Made by a program: the position numbers and the translations under genes. The notes under the pieces are model-generated. The model did not search any database and was not told where the DNA came from. It saw nothing but the letters and a program-made list of their open reading frames with translations. A DNA stretch of 64,000 nt from Octopus vulgaris (taxonomy: Eukaryota), in the NCBI GenBank assembly GCA_951406725.2, contig OX597815.1, positions 186,992,001-187,056,000 on the forward strand, given 5' to 3'. Position 1 is the first letter of the stretch; each line of letters starts with the position of its first letter. Shown piece after piece: positions 24,872-38,392 of the stretch.

Positions 24872-25437
24872 CATATAAATGAGAACAGCTGCATAATGAA
24901 GTGCCAATCACTGAAAGTAGATGGTAACTGCAGAAGAGGGACACCTAGGAAGATGTGGGATGAACTGGTAAGGATCGATCTCAGGATGTTGCGCCACATG
25001 GAGCAAATGATAATGGAATGAAATGTCTGGTGATATGAAGTTCTTGAGAAGACCCGCCCATATCCACGAATGAGGACAGCTGCATAAAGTGCCTATCACC
25101 GAAAGTAGATGGTACCTGCAGAAGAGCGAGACCTAGGAAGATGTGGGATGAAGTGGTAAGGATCGATCTCAGGATGTTGGGCCACATGGAGCAAATGATA
25201 TTGGACTGAGATGTCTGGTGATATGAAGTTCTTGGGAAGACCCGCACACATCCATGAATGAGGGCAGCTGCATAATGTGCCTATCACTGAAAGTAGATGG
25301 TACCTGCAGAAGAGGGAGACCTAGGAAGATGTGGGATGAAGTAGTAAGGATTGATGTCAGGATGTTGGGCCACATGGAGCAAATGATAACGGACCAAGAT
25401 GTCTGGTGATATGAAGTACTTGAGAAGACCTGCCCAC
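24872..25437 (+). repeat. three tandem 188-bp copies of the RTE ORF C-terminus
   Basis: aaagtagatgg at 24914, 25102 and 25290. Confidence 0.92.
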
Positions 25438-27104
25438 ATCAATGAAACTGAGTTCTAGAAGTGATGTGTGCCCCACCCACACTTAACAAGAAAATTTCTC
25501 ACACGCTCTATCACAACAAACCAAGTTACATCACTTCTCTTTTTCACACTTCTACTTCATGCACTACGCTTACCTCCCACCCTACCTCAATCCTGTCCTC
25601 TTGGCCCTGTGCAACTGTACCATTGCACTCCAATAGCTTCCGGCCTGCGTGTTCCACCCACATCCTGTCTCACTGTATCATTGTGTATGCCTGGCACTTT
25701 GCCACCATCTGTACCTTGCTATCTCCCTCATTCTCTCTTTCCTTCTCTTGCACTTCCCTCAGGTTGGGTAACCATGTATCTCCTTTGCAGCAACACACCT
25801 GTTTCTGGTTTCTGTCTTCATTCCTAATCTCTCTCTCTCACACACACACACACACATACACACACACATGGGCCGGCTAACCTTGTATCTCCTCAACAGC
25901 AAGACACCTGTTTCTGTCTTTCTGCTTCACTATATACCCTTTCATCATCCGACACAAGACCATCTCCTCCAATGCCCCCTCCCCTCTCAAAAGAGTTTTT
26001 GTTTTTTGTCTTGCAGGTACTTGGTGACCCTGTCAGTGTAGGTGCCACTTAAAAATCACCCAGTCCACACCGTAAAGTGGTTAGCATTTGGAAGGGCATC
26101 CAGCTTTGCCAAAATTGACCTCACCTGTGCTTGTGCCACATAAAAAGCAGTAAGTCCACTCAGCTGAGTGGTTGGTGTTAGGAAGGGTATCCAGTTATAA
26201 AAATCCTGCCAAAACAGTCACAGAAGTCTGGTGCAGGCTCCTGCCTGGCCAGCTTTTGTCAAACTGTTCTACCCATGCCAGCATGAAAAGTGAACATTAA
26301 ACGATGATGATATATATAAATGATGGCTGAAATTGATCTATAAGTCTACATACTTTTGATTAATATATATATAACAAGGCAACATGTATGCACACATTTT
26401 CTTTTCATGATATATATATATATACAAGATTCATTCTTCTTTGTTTAATTAATTATTTCACATAGACGTAGGTCATAATCTTAACTAATTACTAATTAAT
26501 TCCAAAGCATTCTCAGTGAATATATCCTTTGTTCAGATGTATTAAGATGTGCTTTGTGAAGGTTATACACACTCATACACACGTGTGCATTCATGCATGT
26601 TATTATGCAAATATTAGTCTGTCTATACATGTGTGTCTGTGTCTTTTTATACATATACTTATTGATATATATATATATATATATGCGCACACAGACACAG
26701 ATATCTTAATTATTTTCACTGTTCTAATTAGTACTTATATTTCTAATTAAAAGATGAATGATTTCAATATTTATTACTTCATAGTGAATAACTTCAATAA
26801 CTTGTAACGAGCAAATTATAACCATTAACTTGTACATGCAACTCCAATTTTTATATACAGCTTTAATTCTTCCTTAAACCTTTTAAATACTCTTAGAAAT
26901 GGATGTATGACTCAACTTCTGTTTTATTATCATTTCATAAAGCAATAAGAACCGTATATTTTATGTATTCGATATCTTCATTTTTTATTTATTTCATGCA
27001 AGCAAAAATGATGCAGGTTTCAGAGTTGTGTGAAATTAATATTTCCCTCTTTTATATCTCTAGTATATCTCCTGCCTCTCTCTCTCTCTTTGATAGGCAC
27101 TCAC

Positions 27105-27300
27105 CATCGACATCGTCGTCTCTCTACAGTCAGAGCTCGGTTTGCAAGTCTGTACTATCAATATAAAACTAAAATAACTTCGATCGATTCAATCCACTAT
27201 TCTTCACTTTCTTTCCCCCTAAAATTAGCTTCGAACAAACGGTATCCTAGAGTTGCCTCCCTTGTAACTCTGTCAGATGGATTATTACATACGTATTCTA
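27105..27300 (-). other. candidate exon ending in a consensus donor (possible first exon encoding MSM)
   Basis: Minus ...gacgacgATGTCGATG|gtgagtg; CpG-retaining unique DNA just downstream (on minus) of a long (GA)n tract; upstream boundary unknown. Confidence 0.22.
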
Positions 27301-27306
27301 TTAGAC

Positions 27307-27470
27307 CCTCTCTGTATCTGTCTGTCTGTCTCTCTCTTTTTCTCTCTCTCTCTCTCTGTCCCTCTCTCTCTCTCTTTCTCTATCTGTCTCTGTCTGTCTC
27401 TCTCTGTCTGTCTCTTTCTCTGTCTGTCTGTCTCTATCTCTCTCTCTTTCTGTCTGTCTGTCTCTTTTCC

Positions 27471-27501
<31 letters not shown>

Positions 27502-27516
27502 GTCTGTCTCTCTTTC

Positions 27517-27584
<68 letters not shown>
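27307..27584. repeat. (CT)/(CTGT) microsatellite
   Basis: Direct reading. Confidence 0.95.
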
Positions 27585-27589
<5 letters not shown>

Positions 27590-27842
27590 GAAATGTTAGT
27601 TTCCAATGCCTTTTTAAAATCTTAATAGTCTTAATAGAACAAAAATTATGAAGTAACCATGAATAGCTTTTAAACAATAAATAACAACGTTTGATCTTTT
27701 TATAATTTTAAAAATCTCCAAGGACTTAACCCCTTAAAGTAAGATCAATATCCCCTTGATAGGACGCAAATCTACCAAGGTAACAATTCCTAAATCGAGC
27801 TGGCTGAACTAAGGCACATAAAAGAGTGTCCTACGTAGAGAT

Positions 27843-28620
27843 ACGAGGGTGGATTAAAAAGTTCATAGGCTGACTATGAAGGAGAGATGCTAGAACGGTG
27901 AAGTCTTTTAAATATTTCAACACTTCTTATTAATAACTGAATTGTTTCTTTCCAGGTAAACTGATATTTTACTGTTCAGAGAAGACTTCAAAAGTAACTA
28001 GTAGTGACTTCTCTTGAGAATGGATAAAATCGTGGTGCCAAGTACCTACAGAAAAAGATTTTAGCCCCTAGGACATTCATGCTGACATCATCATCATCAT
28101 CGTTTAACGTCCATTTTCCATGCTAGCATGGGTTGGACGATTTGACTGAGGACTGGAGAACCAGATGGCTGCACCAGACTCCAATCTGATCTTGCAAAGT
28201 TTCTACAACTGGATGCCCTTCCTAATGCCATCCACTCCAAGAGTGTAGTGGGTGCTTTTATGTGCTACCGGCACGATGACCAGTCAGGCGGTACTAACAA
28301 TGGCCACGCTCAAATGGGGCTTTTCATGTGCCACCTGCACAGGAGCCAGTCCAGTGGCACTTGCAATGACCTCGCTCGAATGTTTTTTCACGTGCCTCCA
28401 GCACAAGTGCCAGTAAGGCAACGGAGGTAACGATCACACTCGAATGGTGTTTTTATGTTCCACCAGCACGGAGACCAGCTTGTTGCTCTGGCAACAATCA
28501 TGCTCATATGGTACTCTTAGCGCTCCACTAGCACAAGTGCTAAATTAGGGAATGATGTTCCAGCTTTATCAACAGTGCAAAAGTGGGCAGTTGAGTTTAG
28601 AAAGGGAAGGGAGAGTCCAT
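27843..28620 (+). mobile_element. mariner/Tc1 5' remnant interrupted by a family C copy (28088-28540, minus)
   Basis: TA-cgagggtggattaaaaagtt terminus; MDKI..KYLQKK..DIHAD | LGNDVPALSTVQKWAVEFRKGRES (mariner HTH region). Confidence 0.85.
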
Positions 28621-28907
28621 AAAATACCTGTTCAAGATTCTAACTAAGAAGCCATGAGGACATAGTTGATGCCAAGGGAAACAGTACCCTAGGTCTGTCC
28701 TACAGTTAGAGCCTCACCTCTCCCTATTATAACTGCTGAATCCATTCTAGAATTCTAGTTAATGTATAGAGTACAAAACTGTTTTCATTTGTCAGACTTG
28801 TGGCGATTCAATTGTCTGTTACTACAAAAACAATGTTCAAACAAAGACAGCAATTCTTTGACAAATATGGACACTAAGGCTAAGATGAAAAAAACTTCTT
28901 TTTTTTT

Positions 28908-29295
28908 TTACTTGTTTCAGTCATTTGACTGTGGCCATGCTGGAGCACCGCCTTTAGATGAGCAAATCGACCCCAGGACTTATTCTTTGGAAGCCTAGTA
29001 CTTATTCTATCGGTCTCTTTTGCCGAACTGGTAAGTTGCGGGGACGTAAACACACCAGCATCAGTTGTCAAGCGATGTTGGGAGGATAAACACAGACTCA
29101 CAAACATATACACAAACATATACACACACATACATATATGTATAAATACATATATATGACAGGCTTCTTTCAGTTTCCATCTACCAAATCCACTCACAAG
29201 GCCCGAAGCTATAGAAGACACTTGCCCAAGGTGCCACGCAGTGGGACTGAACCCGGAACCAAGTGATTCGTAAGTAAGCTACTTACCACACAGCC
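28908..29295 (-). mobile_element. SINE family A
   Basis: Match to other A copies. Confidence 0.9.
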
Positions 29296-30007
29296 TGTTT
29301 ATCATCACATCAATACAGCTGTTTAATGTGCTATTTTTTTTAAAGATAGTAAGAGTACATTTCGAAAGAGATTTGTTCGACTGTTATTTTTAGCAGCTTC
29401 AGCAACCACTTAGAGACTTTTTCCATATGCTTGATTTATATGAATTGTAAATTAATCCCATTTGGTTGCGGCAGCCTAGAATCTCACTTCTTCCATAATT
29501 TGGAGACAGATTGTCGGGATGATGTCATAAATCGTAAAGTGTTGAGATAAGACCGAAATTATAATTTTCACTTGAAACACAAGTGGAAATATAATAAGGC
29601 ATGAATTCCATAAATAAATTTTTGATATATCTTCCTCTCTACTAGTACTTTAAAAAGAGAAAAAAAGTAGGATAATTACCAATGAAATTCTATTGATTTT
29701 TTTTTTCATGCATAATAAAATAAACGCAACATTTTTATTATTTTTCATTCTACATACCTAATTATATTTTCAGAAATAATCTATAAAAGTTTATATTCAT
29801 TTTAATAGCAGTTCAAGAAGGCAACGACATCAATACTTGAAAAATAATTACAACCTAAGGAGTTGGACATATCAGAATATTTGAAGATTTACATTAATTC
29901 TTGGCACAAGTGTTCTAACAAGATGCCTTTCCAAATACGAATCACGGATATCAAATATTAAGAATGTTATATAATTTCTTGGATAATAACTACCTTCTCT
30001 CTTTCTC

Positions 30008-30058
<51 letters not shown>

Positions 30059-30225
30059 GTGACCCAAGGCTTTGCGCACACAAAGCAAAGCCTTGTGGAC
30101 AGCTCATCAGACGCTATATATAGAGTCTGACAAGCTGTCCACAAGGCCTTGTTTTGTGAGCATGAAGCCTTGGATAACTCTATAAAATTTTGTTGTGTGT
30201 GTATATATATATATATATATAGCCT

Positions 30226-30410
30226 CTGGTGGCACGTAAAAAGCATCCACTACACTCACGGAGTGGTTGACGTTAGGAAGGGCATCCAGCTGTAGAAACA
30301 CTGCCAGATCAGACTGGAACCTGGTGCCGCCTCCTGGCTTTCCAGACCCCGGTCGAGCCGTCCAACCCGTGCTTGCACGGAAAACGGACATTAAACGATG
30401 ATGATGATGA
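30226..30410 (+). mobile_element. family C repeat
   Basis: C motif with (GAT)n tail. Confidence 0.85.
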
Positions 30411-31026
30411 TATCATATATGAATATATATATATATTTTCTGTTACTTGTTTCAGTCCAACACGTGTTTCTGTGCATAGAAAGTATTGTGTATATATTGT
30501 TATAAACTAGTTTTGAGGATGTATAACTCTCCATTCTTTTCTATAATTTCTTATACATAATAAGAGGAGGGATATAATATCCAGGAAGATAATGAATTTC
30601 TCTTAGTAAAACGCCAAGGCTGATTCCTTCAGATGATAAATTTTTTGGTAAACTTCCTTTAGCTCTGATGTTACAGTCTATTTCTCAGCTACTTAGAGTG
30701 TAAAGTACAATATTGGTAATTAGGGAGAATGAAGAATTTGAACATTCAAACTTAATATTTATTTCCAGTTGGATTATTCATAATAATTGTCTGACAGTTG
30801 CTTCGATCACATTAACTGCATAATGTTGCACATTTATATGCAGCGATTTATGCATTATTAGTATGATCTCTTCAGGGTATATAAGTATGATATTGTTCAA
30901 AGAGGAATTTTCCCTTGCAATTAGTTTGAATTAGGCTTGGTAGTAGTAGTAGTAGTAGTAAACCATGACATTCTTTTAGATGAGCTGCTTTTCGCAACTG
31001 TTCAAATTCTTCATTCTCCTCATTAT

Positions 31027-31066
<40 letters not shown>

Positions 31067-31069
<3 letters not shown>

Positions 31070-31485
31070 CATCCGTGCTAGTAGAGCGCTAAGACCACTA
31101 TCTGAGCGTGATCAATGCCAGAGCAACAAACTGGCTTCCGTGCCAGCCAGTGGCACGTAAAAAGCACCATACAAGTGTGCCAGTGGCACATGAAAAACAT
31201 TTGAGCGAGGTCATTGCCAGTGCTACTGGACTGGCTCCTGTGCAGGTGGCACGTAAAAATCACCATTTGAGTGTGGCCATTGCCAGTACCGCCTGACTGG
31301 CCCTCGTGCCGGTGGCACGTAAAAGCACCCACTACACTCTCGGAGTGGTTGGCGTTAGTAAGGGCATCCAGCTGTAGAAGCTCTGCCAGATCAGATAAGA
31401 GCCTGGTGCAGCCATCTGGTTCGCCAGCCCTCAGTCAAATCGTCCAACCCATGCTAGCATGGAAAGCAGATGTTAAACGATGATA
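31067..31485 (+). mobile_element. family C repeat
   Basis: C motif, internal units, (GAT)n tail. Confidence 0.88.
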
Positions 31486-31598
31486 ATGATATATATATTT
31501 ATATATACACACACACATACACACACATATATATATTACATTCTGGTCAGACCCTCCAACTCATGCCGGCATGGAAAACAGATGTTAAATGATGATGA

Positions 31599-31630
<32 letters not shown>

Positions 31631-32011
31631 TTTTGCTCCAGTTATTTGAACTCGTGATCATTTGCATTCAGCTCTGCTGTCTACCCTCAGGCTCAGGTCC
31701 TTCCTCACTAAAACATCATTCCTTGTTATTCACATTGTGTGCACACATTTTCTTTCAACTTGAAAATATTTGAAAAAATGTTCAAAAGGAACATTTCTCA
31801 TATTGACCCCATCAGTGTTGGAAGACCTTTTCAAAGCCATGAGTACAGCCCTTTCATTAAGACCAATTCCATAAAAAAAAAAAAAAAAAAAATTTTTTAA
31901 ACCTCTTATATACCAGACCCTATGTGGTCATCTAGTCTTCTGGAAATAGCAGCCAAATTTCTCTTAAATCACACCCACTTGCAAAAAAGAATGATTTTGA
32001 AAAATATAGTC

Positions 32012-32363
32012 CAGAGGTTCTCAACCATTTTTTGTCGATGGACCCCTTTGATTACTATTTTATTCTGGTGGACCATTATAGTCATTCAATGTTTAAAAAC
32101 TAGTTTTATAGAAACTTCTTTCAGAATTCCCTTCTTTTCTTTTTACCACACATTAACTTATGTAGGTTGAACTGTGTAAGACATTCCAGAAAGAACTCTA
32201 GCTGTTTCTAACAATACATACCAATACATACATCTAAAGAAAAATTTTTCAGGGGCCCTTAAAATTTTATTTACTATTTTGTTGTGTAGACACCCCAAAA
32301 TCTTATATGGACCTTCAGGCGCTATATAGCATGTGCCATATGGACCCTTGTTAAGAACCAATA
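32012..32363. mobile_element. hAT-type MITE
   Basis: TIRs cagaggttctcaac / gttaagaaccaata; 8-bp TSD atatagtc (32004-32011) / atgtagtc (32364-32371). Confidence 0.8.
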
Positions 32364-32384
32364 ATGTAGTCCTAGATATATCTC

Positions 32385-32602
32385 TTTTACTCTCTTTTAC
32401 TTGTTTCAGTCATTTGACTGCGACCATGCTGGAGCGCCGCCTTTAGTCGAGCAAATCGACCCCAGCACTTATTCTTTGTAAGCCTAGTACTTATTCTATC
32501 AGTCTCTTTTGCCAAACCGCTAAGTTACGTGGACGTAAACACACCAGCATCGGTTGTCAAGCTATGTTGGGAGGACAAACACAGACACACAAACATATAC
32601 TC

Positions 32603-32639
<37 letters not shown>

Positions 32640-32800
32640 TACGACGGGCTTTTTTGAGTTTCCGTCTACAAAATCCACTCACAAGGCTTTGGTCGGGCCG
32701 GGGCTATAATAGAAGACACTTGCCCAAGGTGTCACGCAGTGGGACTGAACCCAGAACCATGTGATTGGTAAGCAAGCTACTTACCACACAGCCACTCCTG
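32385..32800 (-). mobile_element. SINE family A
   Basis: Full-length match. Confidence 0.9.
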
Positions 32801-33688
32801 ATGGTAGGGTCATAGCTAGACCACCTGTGATCATAACCTTTCTTAATAATGACTAGCCTAGGGTTCCAGATACACTGTGATATGTTTTGCATAAGGGTTA
32901 AGAATAAGGAAGGAAAACCTAGAGTTTAAAGATAAAATTTACAATAAAAATTTGTTACAACAATCCACCCCTAATGAGAGGGCACAAATTCTTTGTACTA
33001 AACCAATTGATGTCACCAACAAAGATCAAAAACAAACCCCTTTAAATGAAATATTACCAACCTAGGAAGGTTATTTGATTTAAGCAGCTAACATCACTCT
33101 TCCTTCCTCACGATATAATTATTTAATTTAAAACATCTGAGAAACAATCAGTTTTTTTTTTATTTTGCTGGGTTTTTTTTTGTTAATAAGCAACATCTTT
33201 ATATAATTATAACCTCGTGCTTGTCTAACTAATAGAGATAATTAATGAGTTTGTCATGAGATATTTAACACCAGGAAAGAAAAAAAAAAAAAAGGAAGTA
33301 GCTGTAAACACCTAAAATTGAAATGGCAAAAAGGAATACAAATCTAAATACGAAAACAACCAATGTTTGAAGTATGCTTAAAAGAGAGAGAGAGAGAGAA
33401 AAAAACAAGCTTGAAAAAAAACAGATTTCCTCACTGCTTTAAGTACTGTTAAAGTTAAGGAAGTCAAATGAGACAAACTTATGAAGTCATCTCTCTCTCT
33501 TAGTGGAACAGAATATTTCTGGATAGGATAAAGAAAGTGACATTCTAATATTTATGCAAAAGGAGAAACATTATCTATAGTTATATGTTAATATTATTGA
33601 CAAATTCTATAAAAACTGGAACAGATTTATTTGTCAAAATTCTCAAGGTGAAATTCATAAAGTGTGTGTATATAGAACATATGTATAT

Positions 33689-34084
33689 GTGGCTGTGTGG
33701 TAAGTAGCTTGTTTACCAACCACATGGTTCCGGGTTCAGTCCCACTGCGTGGCACCTTGGGCAAATGTCTTCTACTATAGCCTCAGGCCGACCAAAGCCT
33801 TGTGAGTGGATTTGGTAGACGGAAACTGAAAGAAGCCTGTCGTATATATGTATATATATATATATGTATGTGTGTGTGTTTGTGTGTCTGTGTTTGTTCC
33901 CCTAGCATTGCGTGACAACCGATGCTGGTGTGTTTACGTCCCCGTCACTTAGCGGTTCGGCAAAAAGTGACCGATAGAATAAGTACTGGGCTTACAAAAA
34001 GAATAAGTCCCGGGGTCGAGTTGCTCGACTAAAGGCGGTGCTCCAGCATGGCCGCAGTCAAATGACTGAAACAAGTAAAAGAGT
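33689..34084 (+). mobile_element. SINE family A flanked by an 87-bp direct repeat
   Basis: Direct repeats 33602-33688 and 34085-34171. Confidence 0.9.
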
Positions 34085-34224
34085 AAATTCTACAGAAACT
34101 GGAACAGATTTATCTGTCAAAATTCTCAAGGTGAAATTCATAAAGTATGTGTATATAGAACATATGTATATCTATATCTGTCAGTCTGTCTGTCTATCTA
34201 TCTATCTATCTTTCTATCTATCTA

Positions 34225-34728
<504 letters not shown>

Positions 34729-34957
34729 TGCTTGTTATGGCCAGTCAAAGAGTGACCAGTGGTTCTGCAACTACAAAGCGCTTAGTTCTATAGCCAACTT
34801 GTCAAACTCAAATCTGATGAGTCACCTATAAGTTAAGCACCTTATAGGTGTGAAACCAATGGTCACCCTGTGACCAGTCATAACAAACAAACTTCTAAAT
34901 ATATTACTGCTCTAACATTTTAGAGTATGTGCCTTTTTCAGATTTATGAACAACTAA

Positions 34958-34996
<39 letters not shown>

Positions 34997-35076
34997 TATA
35001 TACATACATGTATATATGTATGCGAAATCAATGGTCACTCACTGACTGTCTATAACAATCAACCTTCTAAATATAT

Positions 35077-35295
35077 TCTTTTCTAATCTAGGCACAAGGC
35101 CCAAAATTTTTGGGGAAAGGAACCTGTCGATTAGATCAACCCCAGTACGTAACTGGAACGTAATTTATCGGCCCCTGAAAGGATGAAAGGCAAAGTCGAC
35201 CTTGGTGGAATTTGAACTCAGAACGTAAGGACAGATGAAATGCTGCTGAGCATTTCGCCCGGCATGCTAGCATTTCTGCCAGCTCACTGCCTTGA
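35077..35295 (-). mobile_element. SINE family B
   Basis: Core motif. Confidence 0.85.
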
Positions 35296-35429
35296 ATATT
35301 ATCCTTTTCTACTTTAGGACACAAGGCCTGAAAAAAATACATATTGCCTACAGCAGACCCAAAAGTGCCACCAGGAGCAGACCACCCCCTACCACACCAC
35401 CACCACCCCCAGCTACGCTGGTACCCTGA

Positions 35430-35670
35430 GTGTAGATTTGGTAAATGGAAAGTGAAAGAAGCCTGTTAAGTGTGGGGTGGAGTGCCTTTGCTTGTCCCCC
35501 TCCACTTGACAACTGGTGTTGGTTTGTTTACATTCCCATAACTTATCTTCAGCAAAAGAACCTTATGAAAAATATGTACATGGGGTCAATATGTTTGACT
35601 AAACCCTTGTAGGTGGTGCCCCAACGTATTTGCAGTTCAATGACTTAAAACAAGTAAATGATAAAAGAGA
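35430..35670 (+). mobile_element. SINE family A 3' part (old)
   Basis: Degenerate match. Confidence 0.65.
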
Positions 35671-35742
35671 GAAGTCAAAAGTTTTGTCACAATTCCAGGA
35701 TGCAACATTGTTGACAGTCTTGTCACTTTTATAAGAAATACC

Positions 35743-36155
35743 TATTTCTTTACTACCCACAAGGGGCTAAACACAGAGAGGATAAACAAGGACAAACGGA
35801 TTAAGGCGATTACATCGACCCCCAGTGCGTAACTGGTACTTATTTAATTGACCCCGAAAAGATGAAAGGCAAAGTCGACCTCGGCGGAATTTGAACTCAG
35901 AACGTAACGGCAGACGAAATACCTATTTCTTTACTACCCACAAGGAGCTAAACACAAAGAGGACAAACAAGGACAGACAAACGGATTAAGTTGATTATAT
36001 CGGCCCCTGTGCGTAACTGGTACTTATTTAATCGACCCCGAGAGGATGAAAGGCAAAGTCGACCTCGGCGGAATTTGAACTCAGAACATAGCGGCAGATG
36101 AAATACTGCTAAGTATTTCGCCCAGCGTGCTAACGTTTCTGCCAGCTCGCCACCT
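35743..36155 (-). mobile_element. SINE family B dimer with 20-bp TSD
   Basis: TSD tcacttttataagaaatacc at 35723-35742 and 36156-36175. Confidence 0.92.
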
Positions 36156-36936
36156 TCACTTTTATAAGAAATACCATTAAGGCTTTTCCTCTTCCCAACA
36201 CAAACTCCTTCCCTGCTATAAACTGAAATAAATACTATGAAGCAGACAAATGAAGACCTAGTGAATTCTGAACTGTATTGATTGATTAGTTAACGAGTTT
36301 TGATGCCCATAAAATCATATTAAGCAACAATGAAAAATCATATGATTGTTGACTAAAGATATTACTCGACAAAATAATATATTTACAAAATTATTCTATG
36401 ATATATATTGTCATTTTGCTGAAAAGGTGTTTGATTAAATGTCACTCAATAAAAAGGTCATGTTACCACATTTCCAGATTGGTGATGCTGAGAAAGAGCA
36501 AGATACAAGAAGATAAATCAGTAACAGCCGATGGGAGATGTTCAAATGTAGAAACGCATCCGTGAGAAATCATTGACATAATTCTATGTAAGAGTTCAAA
36601 ATAGTTGTGCCTCAGTGTTGCCAATCAGACACATATTTAAAAGATTAACTTATATCAAGAAAACAGCTGAAACAGAATGCTTTTCATACTATCTGGATCT
36701 AAATGCTTCTGAAGATATTCTGGAAACATTTCTTCATTAGTAACACCGAAATTCTTTTAGTATACTAGTTTCAAATTTTGGCAAACGGCCAGTAATTTCT
36801 GAGGAAGGGGTAAGTTGATTACATTGACCCTAGTCTTCAACACGTACTTATTTTGTTGACCCCAAAATGTTAAAAGGTAAAGTCAACCTCTGCAAAATTT
36901 GAACTCAAAACATGAAGATGGACTAGCTGCTATTAA

Positions 36937-37156
36937 CCCTTTAGTGTTTAAACCGGCCATATCAGGCCAAAATTGTCTTCCTGTTATATGCTCAAACCAG
37001 CCAGCTCTGACCTCTCACACCTACCCTACAAAGTCATTCTAAAAATAAACAGGGACATCATCAAAATCTCAGAGTTACAAGATGCTGTACAATTAATTTA
37101 AAACAATGTAATTAAACAGGCTTTACATTTGACAGATTAATCTGAATGTTAAAGGG
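36937..37156. mobile_element. piggyBac-like MITE inserted in an old SINE B (36765-37200)
   Basis: TTAA-cccttta...taaaggg-TTAA. Confidence 0.85.
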
Positions 37157-38392
37157 TTAAGCATTTTGCCTGGAATATTAACAATTCTGCCATTTTGCTA
37201 CTTTAACTTCTTTTAGTATATTGGCAATGTAATTCTTCTTCCTATGGACACAAAATTTATATGCCAGAACAATATATAAAGAAAAATATTAGAACTCGAA
37301 AATGGCATATTTTTTTATAATATGTGATAATTTTATCAAGAAGAAAATAATTCTAGAACAACAATTTCTTTTTTTTTTAAATCTCTTTGACCTATTATGA
37401 CATTTTTTAAAATGTCAACAACCTAAAAATGTGTGTTTAACAAATTGATTTACAATAACAATAAAAACAGCCATGCATACAGGAAAATATGTATTTAAAA
37501 AATCCCCTTTTGGCACTGAATAACAAATGTCAATCATACAGCATATACATAACAAACCCAGCACAGCACAAATGAAATAAAATTATTGAGATATTTAATT
37601 TTGACAAATAATTCTTTTTTATTTAATTTGCTTTCACTTTTTTTTATTATGTATTTTTTTTCGGTAACAGACATAAAACGTTTCAAATGTGTTACTAATC
37701 AATCTCTCTCAAGGATATGATTTTACTCAGACGCAAATTAAACAACAAAAGACATATGCTATTTAGAAAATCATCTGCAATTCCCATTAGTTAGTCATCA
37801 ATTACGAGTTGTAATGTAACAGTAAAGACAGCTTTAAAGAGAAAAATAGTTTTGTCAAGCTGACCTAGAATAAATATATTACAGCGTCAAAATGCTCTTT
37901 ACAAATCAATGATATTTTGTAATATGTTTACGTTATCAAAAAATAATAATAATGGCCAGGATGTGTTTGAGTAGATCGGGAATTCATACAGTTTACGTTT
38001 CAAGTTGACTTGAAGATTAAACATTTTAACGAACTATACAATGGGAAGTAATAAAATACTTTGTTTTGTTATTTGATAAAATGGGACAAACAAGTATGTA
38101 CAAATGGCAGTGATCCAAATTCTATAATGTTTGAGGGTTCGTGTTTATGCATTGAAGAATCACAAGATTCAAAATTGATTTTCAGTTCTACAGACTTATA
38201 TAATAAGCATCAGAAATATAGTGAAACTGAACAAAATCAACAACACTCTGTTCATTCCATTAAAAGTCCTTTTTTTTCATGTTGGATGGTTTGACAGGAC
38301 CTGGCAAGGTTGGCAAGCTGCATGAGGTTCAATCGTCTGTCTTGGTATGGTTTCTATAGCTGGGTCCCCCCTCCTAATATCAACCAATTTAA

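Larger units (their letters stand above)
21305..26310 (+). mobile_element. decayed RTE-clade LINE (APE + RT + 3' UTR + (GAT)n tail) with nested insertions
   Basis: ISAYAPQTGL and DFIFVAGDFNGHIG (APE); KGDALERNNSKGIKLL, RSTTDAIF, AFVNMEKAFNRVP, VHQG, PWELL (RT); FGHVM..RRG.PRKMW (C-terminus); many stops and frameshifts. Confidence 0.92.

Noticed and set aside
36479-36561. Possible plus-strand exon (ttccag| ... |gtgaga)
   Set aside because: Splice signals only moderate, peptide unrecognisable, no partner exons.
38061-38294. 77-aa ORF in unique DNA
   Set aside because: TTG start, no motif or splice support, ends in a family C repeat.
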